From assembly GCA_012295275.1 (NCBI GenBank), contig CM022669.1, forward strand, positions 5,580,001-5,644,000: a DNA stretch of 64,000 nt, written 5' to 3'. The position numbers and the translations under genes are program-made. Every line of letters begins with the position of its first letter. The first letter of the stretch is position 1. The notes under the pieces are model-generated. The model had not been told where the DNA came from. It saw only the letters and a program-made list of their open reading frames with translations, and searched no databases. This DNA is from Chrysomallon squamiferum (Eukaryota; Animalia; Mollusca). This document shows, one piece after another, positions 54,006 to 64,000 of the stretch.

Positions 54006-55769
54006 GTAAATCATTTCTGTTACCAAAAGAGAGTTATGGAAGATGAAACCAACAACTTATTAAAATTCAGCAGCCTTTATTTCCCTTATAGATTTAACAT
54101 GTGTTTCGTATATGTTTACAAACAGCCTAAATATATTGTGTATATTTGCAAATAATCGTACTTTTTGCTTACTGGGTTATAATTTGCTGAAAATAAATAA
54201 ATAAATAAATAATGTGAAAAAAGAAAAAAACAAAACAATAACGACAACAAAAAAGTTGATGGGTGTTCGGTCAACACAGTATCTTTTCTCGTAGTTTCAT
54301 GAAATTTCCACCATTAAACATAATTATTTTACGAATATCAAATAAATTATTTATTTCGTTTAAAATTCTCACACTTTCATTTCCTCTAACATACACGCAA
54401 ACACACGTGGTAATCAAGACAAATGTGTACGTTCATCCTCGCGTTGTTGTTATTTAATTTATGAAGTTGGATAATAACCAAATCTGGTCGCCAAGATCAA
54501 TGAATTAATAAATTACTATCTAACAACATCTCATTATAGTTTGATGCTAATAATTATTAGATATCAAACGTAACGATGACATGCGAGAGAGAATTCTTTG
54601 TCTTTCCAAGGACTATTTTTCGATTAGTAGCAAAGAATCTTGCTTCTGATAGAATAGCTACAATAAGATTCTTTTATCAAATATTTTCACTATAAAAGAA
54701 AATCTTCTGACACTACGATAATTTTTGATATTTAAATATATGTTCTGGTTTTTGTTTTTAGTTATTTTCTTTTTCCTTTTGTGTGTGCGTGTATATGTTT
54801 AAATAATGAAAGGATGAGATCATAAAAGTTGCACGGAATTTAATTATCAGTAACTGATTCATAGTCCCAAACAAACAGTGAAACTGACAGAAGAGGGGGG
54901 AAGACAAGGAAAACCCCAAAACGAAGTATGGCTTGAAATCCAAAGAAACTGAACACGAATAATTACAGTAATACATAATAATAAATTTAAAAAAAAATTA
55001 AATTAGATTGATAATATGAAATCGAAATTATTCATAATTTTCATTTACAAAAAATAATAAAATATTTTTAAATTACTGAAAAGAAATCTCGCGTATGCAA
55101 GATCTTTTTTGGCGGCTGTTTCAAAATAGCTGAAGAAAACAGATAAAATCGTCACTAATGTCAACAAATGCATAACAACATATATAATATATCTTCCAGA
55201 TAAGACCCGTTGTTTATTGTAAGTTATGAACACAAATAATATGCACCCATTCGCTTTCTAGATATCAATATTTGTAAGCAACAGCTTTAATATCTACTAA
55301 TGCTTTTATCCAATGGATGTTTTCATTCTTCACAGGTTGAGACACGAATCAGTGTCTTTGTCAAGTTTATGTCACTGTTAGACTGTTGTACCAATTTATA
55401 AAATATTTGTGGGTTTATTTGTTTACGTTAATAATATTATCTGTAGATATTTTCTTAATAGAATTTAGTCGTGATTATTTAATTATAAAACTCAGTTGTC
55501 AGTGGTTAGTATTTTATATGCCATTTTGTATTTTCCTGGGACTAATATATAAAACGGACAAAAAGTAATGAGTAAAAAGTAATACTACAACTCTATATTC
55601 AGCAACGGAATTAATTAATTCTCAACATTATGTGCTAATTGTTATTTTTTTTTTGTACTTGAAAAAGTATTTCAGTTAGTATATATATATTTGAAAAAAA
55701 TAAATATTTATCAAACAAAAGTTCCAAACGGTGAAGAAGATTTTGTTCCTTCTCGTATAACAATAATAT

Positions 55770-55805
<36 letters not shown>

Positions 55806-55911
55806 TGGTACATACACAAGTAAAGAAGTTGAAAATGAAATTCAATGTCATAATTGTGTTAATTATAAATATCCATTATAGATGACATATTTCAAATCAA
55901 AATTAGCAATT

Positions 55912-55914
<3 letters not shown>

Positions 55915-55995
<81 letters not shown>
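55915..55995. repeat. (CT)n microsatellite
   Basis: Perfect CT run upstream of the acceptor of the first KIF24 coding exon. Confidence 0.9.
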
Positions 55996-55999
<4 letters not shown>

Positions 56000-56089
56000 G
56001 CTACATTGTAGAAAATATTATATTTTTATTTTTTAATATTTACAGAGCTAGACTGTTTCCATTCAGCTAACAACAAGTAACACTGAAGA

Positions 56090-60324
<4,235 letters not shown>

Positions 60325-60338
<14 letters not shown>

Positions 60339-60733
60339 AAAAGTCATCTTACCCTTGAAACCACACATATGTACTCTCTCTCAGAGACACACTGACAACG
60401 TAAGTTTGACACATAAGTTCAGGCTGGTTTTAACAGCTGTTTACGAAGACATATGCTTTCTGAATTTTTTCTTTTCCGTTTTCTTTTGTTTCACCATAAA
60501 TATGAAGCCTACACAATTATTCTGTACTTCTATCACTACAATACCGCTTTTCTTTGCTTTTTTTTGTCGGACCTTTTTTTATTTTTTTTTTGTTCTGCAA
60601 ATAATAATATTATGATTACCATGGTATTGTTAGAGTGAGAGAAAGCAACTATATGGGCGGCTAAATAATAAATATTAGTTTTGGAATCGCTTTACATGTT
60701 TGTGCCACATTATTCCTTCAGGCTAGAGTTAAC

Positions 60734-60769
<36 letters not shown>

Positions 60770-61289
60770 TTCTGTTGTTTTTATTTCTCTTATTGTCACT
60801 ATTATTATTATTATTGCTATTATTATTATCATTTCATATAACTGTTGTTGTTGTTAATAATCATTATTGTTGTTGTTCTCGTCTTCATTATTATTATTTT
60901 GTTTCCTTTGTTTTCCTACGGATAATGTTTGTATGCTGCCTGACAAAATAATTTGCTACTGTTATTTAAGTAAATGTTTGTTATACATTGTTGTTAATGA
61001 TTATATAAATTATTTGTTGTATTTTAGTACCTACTTTTATTCATAATATTTTATTTACATAATTTATTTACGCGTGTTTAACAATATATTGTGCATACAC
61101 AGTTCATACTTGTAACAGTGTTTAAAGCCAACATATCTCAGCTCGTTTTATCTTTTCCTCAAGAACTCTTCATTCATGTATATCATGTGACTAAACATTT
61201 CTTTGACAGGTCAACCAGGTTTCAAAAACAGGCTATTATGGAAGTCTTCCATGAATTTCCTTTCGACGATATAAACAGAAGCCCGCACA

Positions 61290-61332
<43 letters not shown>

Positions 61333-62320
61333 CCACTTTAGACTGTAAAAAATAATATATCACGATTCTCTTCACGCTACAGCAACGGTTGCCAACCAGA
61401 CGTCCACTCAGGGAGTAATGGTGGTTAGCGAGCTACATTCAAAATGTCACAAGGCTGAGATGTGTAATAATAATAATGTATAAAAACACTCAGTATAGGC
61501 TTATAAAATTAAATTAAAAGTTTCATACATCTTTAAATGCCTTTTCAGTTATAATCACACTCGAAGATGAAACTTAGAAAATGAGTTTGATGTTATTTCG
61601 TAAGATCACAAAAAGCTTGGCGTCCGTGTGAAAATTCATTTAAGTAAACAAGTAGAAAAAACGTTTGGGAGCCACTGGACTAGAGTGTAGAGGTGATCAT
61701 TTTTTTCCAGTAAACCTATAACACTAAGTTGTTGTTTATTTATTATTATCTTTTATTAACGAAAGCATTACTATACATTTATTAAATCATACACTTACAG
61801 CATAAAATATTAACAGTTTTTACAATACTATAAACATAAATAAACTGAAGATTAAACATTTATTTAATCAAACAAAATCAAAATGGTAGCAAGCTTTCAA
61901 ATGTCTGTCTATAAAAAATGAATATATATGTCAACGGACAGAGTAAGTTATAACTACAGTTTAATATATATTGTTATTTTGCTGATGTTTTCTCTGAATG
62001 TTAGTGACAGTCTTTATATTTGTGACGAGCTTTATCTTTGTTCATTTGTTTGTTAGCTTAGTCCCGCTCACTTCCCTAGTCCTGACTTTCGGATCATTTC
62101 TTGTGTTTCTAGTTTTAGAAGTCATTGTTCCAAGTTTCCCACGCACCTTTGTCTTAGTTCTCTTTGTCCGTTTTCTAGGAAAACGTGTGGTCTTTTTTCT
62201 ACTTGACTGTACAGCTGTTCTTGCATCTGATCTTGAACGATCCTGTTTGCATGACCGTTTTCAAAAAAATTCAAAGAAAATACCTGTGCAGCATTATAAA
62301 GACATCTACCCATATCAAAT
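60325..62320. repeat. Segmental duplication, copy B, with the orphan 3' end of a GIMAP (minus, ~62067-62320) and a hAT MITE (61383-61677)
   Basis: Direct near-identity to 44329-46410; translates to ...YNAAQ...PHVFLENGQRELRQR as in the intact GIMAP. Confidence 0.93.
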
Positions 62321-62652
62321 AATCTTGTAGACTGTTTTTTTTTTGTTTTTTTTGCTTTTGCTTTTTTCGTGAGATCCGACATAGTATTTCTTCTTTATTA
62401 TATAAATACATAGAAATAAACGAATTACGGAAATATATCCATGAGGCTGGTGTGAAATGAATTTCCCAGTATCTAACAGGTCACAACAACAAACAAACCC
62501 AGACCTAAGACTTTCCCATATAACAATTTTTCTTGACCCACTAAAACTTTTCAGTTAAGGACTGTAAAGAAAATGAGAAAAAAAAAAACATGTTTGATTT
62601 GATTATGTGGAAGATAATTTTTATAATAATGTATCTTCAACATTATTTTCAG

Positions 62653-63382
62653 CTCCCCAAAATGTCAAGACATTCAGACTAGTTATGATTGGAAAAACAT
62701 ACGCAGGTAAAAGTGCATCAGCTAACTCTATCCTCGGAAAACCTGCATTCTGTTCTGAATTCAGCATGTCGTCGATTACAAAGAAGTGTGAAAAGGCAAC
62801 TACAAATCGGTTTGGTTACGAATTAGAAATTATTGACACACCCGGATTTCTGAACACTAACCTGTCAGAAGATGAGGTCAGTAAGAAAATTAAAAAGATG
62901 TGTTAAAATGTGTCTTCGAGGTCCACACGCCTTTATCCTTGTCATCAGATGAGGACAACGATTTACCATCAACGAACGAAACATAATTGAATTTTTCAAA
63001 AAGAATTTTGGTGAAGGAATGCTGCAGTACTTGTTTGTGTTGTTTACTGGCATGGATTATCTGGAAAGACACGGAAGGAAGCTAAAACAGTTTATTAAGA
63101 CAGCTCCTAATGATCTGCAAGATTTTCTCAGAACGATTGAAGACAGATATTTTGGAATAAATAATATCGAAGACGGTCCAAAGAAAACAACAGAGCCGGT
63201 TGAGGATATCCTGAAAGCAGTTGATTTAAATTTATCTAAGCATCGAGTAGCATACTACACATCAGAAATGCTACAAAAAGCAGAGGAAGAGGAGAGGCAA
63301 CAAAAAGAGAAAGAAGAGAGAAAGGAACAAGAATTGATGGAACAAAAAAATTAAAGAACGAATGCAACAAAAAGAAAGCGAT
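62653..63382 (+). pseudogene. GIMAP/AIG1 pseudogene (inverted GTPase exon)
   Basis: Acceptor tttcag|CTCCCC; +1 frameshift at about 62890-62896; in-frame TGA at 62950-62952; another frameshift near 63350; G1 altered to GKTYAGKS; no start mini-exon upstream in this orientation. Confidence 0.88.
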
Positions 63383-63560
63383 ACAATTATAGCAAATTAT
63401 ATCAGATCGTTAAACAGAAACCGAAATAAAACAAGAAATATATTGCATCGGATCTCTGGATGGATGTTCGATGTACTACTGAGAAAATGACACCAAAACA
63501 GGCTGTTCTGTACATTTCCATTTGACGATAGGTATACATGCTACAGAAGCATTTCTCTCT

Positions 63561-63668
<108 letters not shown>

Positions 63669-64000
63669 TTCCGCTTATCAGTGTAAAAAATAATGTATCA
63701 AGCAGGTGTATAAGATTTCAACTTTATTATGCAAATGAGTTGAAGAATTGACAGCATAAGAATGGCACTACAGAAAAATATCTGCTCTATATCTAATGTT
63801 AAAACCAATTATTTTAAAACCTAATATTATCTATATTATTTTGTGTTTCTGGGGCTAACACTTCTGAAAACTGCATATATCTACAAGGGAGATGCATACA
63901 TTATATACAATAATTATACATACTTCCACATAGATACGTAAATGCAATAATTGAGGATTTAAATTATAAATTGGCTAAAGGTAATAATATCGAGTATCGC

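Overview
AT-rich, intron-rich animal genomic DNA, probably an invertebrate such as a mollusc (inferred from gene content and repeats). There are no prokaryotic systems and no CRISPR array. From left to right: (1) a 6-exon coiled-coil gene resembling CCDC192 (minus), head-to-head with (2) a 5-exon FBXO22 (plus); (3) a complete 23-exon NKCC-type cotransporter SLC12A2 (minus, about 1124 aa) with a GC-AG intron, a candidate 33-nt cassette micro-exon, a 1.8-kb intronic minisatellite and a TIR element in intron 1; (4) a rearranged GIMAP/AIG1 GTPase cluster: one intact copy with an expanded coiled-coil repeat, one tail-truncated copy, a relic of a collapsed copy, and a copy broken by an internal inversion; (5) between the GIMAP copies, a damaged KIF24-like (SAM + kinesin-13) gene whose last visible exon is fused to the GIMAP duplication. 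All exon models were assembled by eye from splice signals and reading-frame phase. Gene names come from recalled motifs, not database searches.
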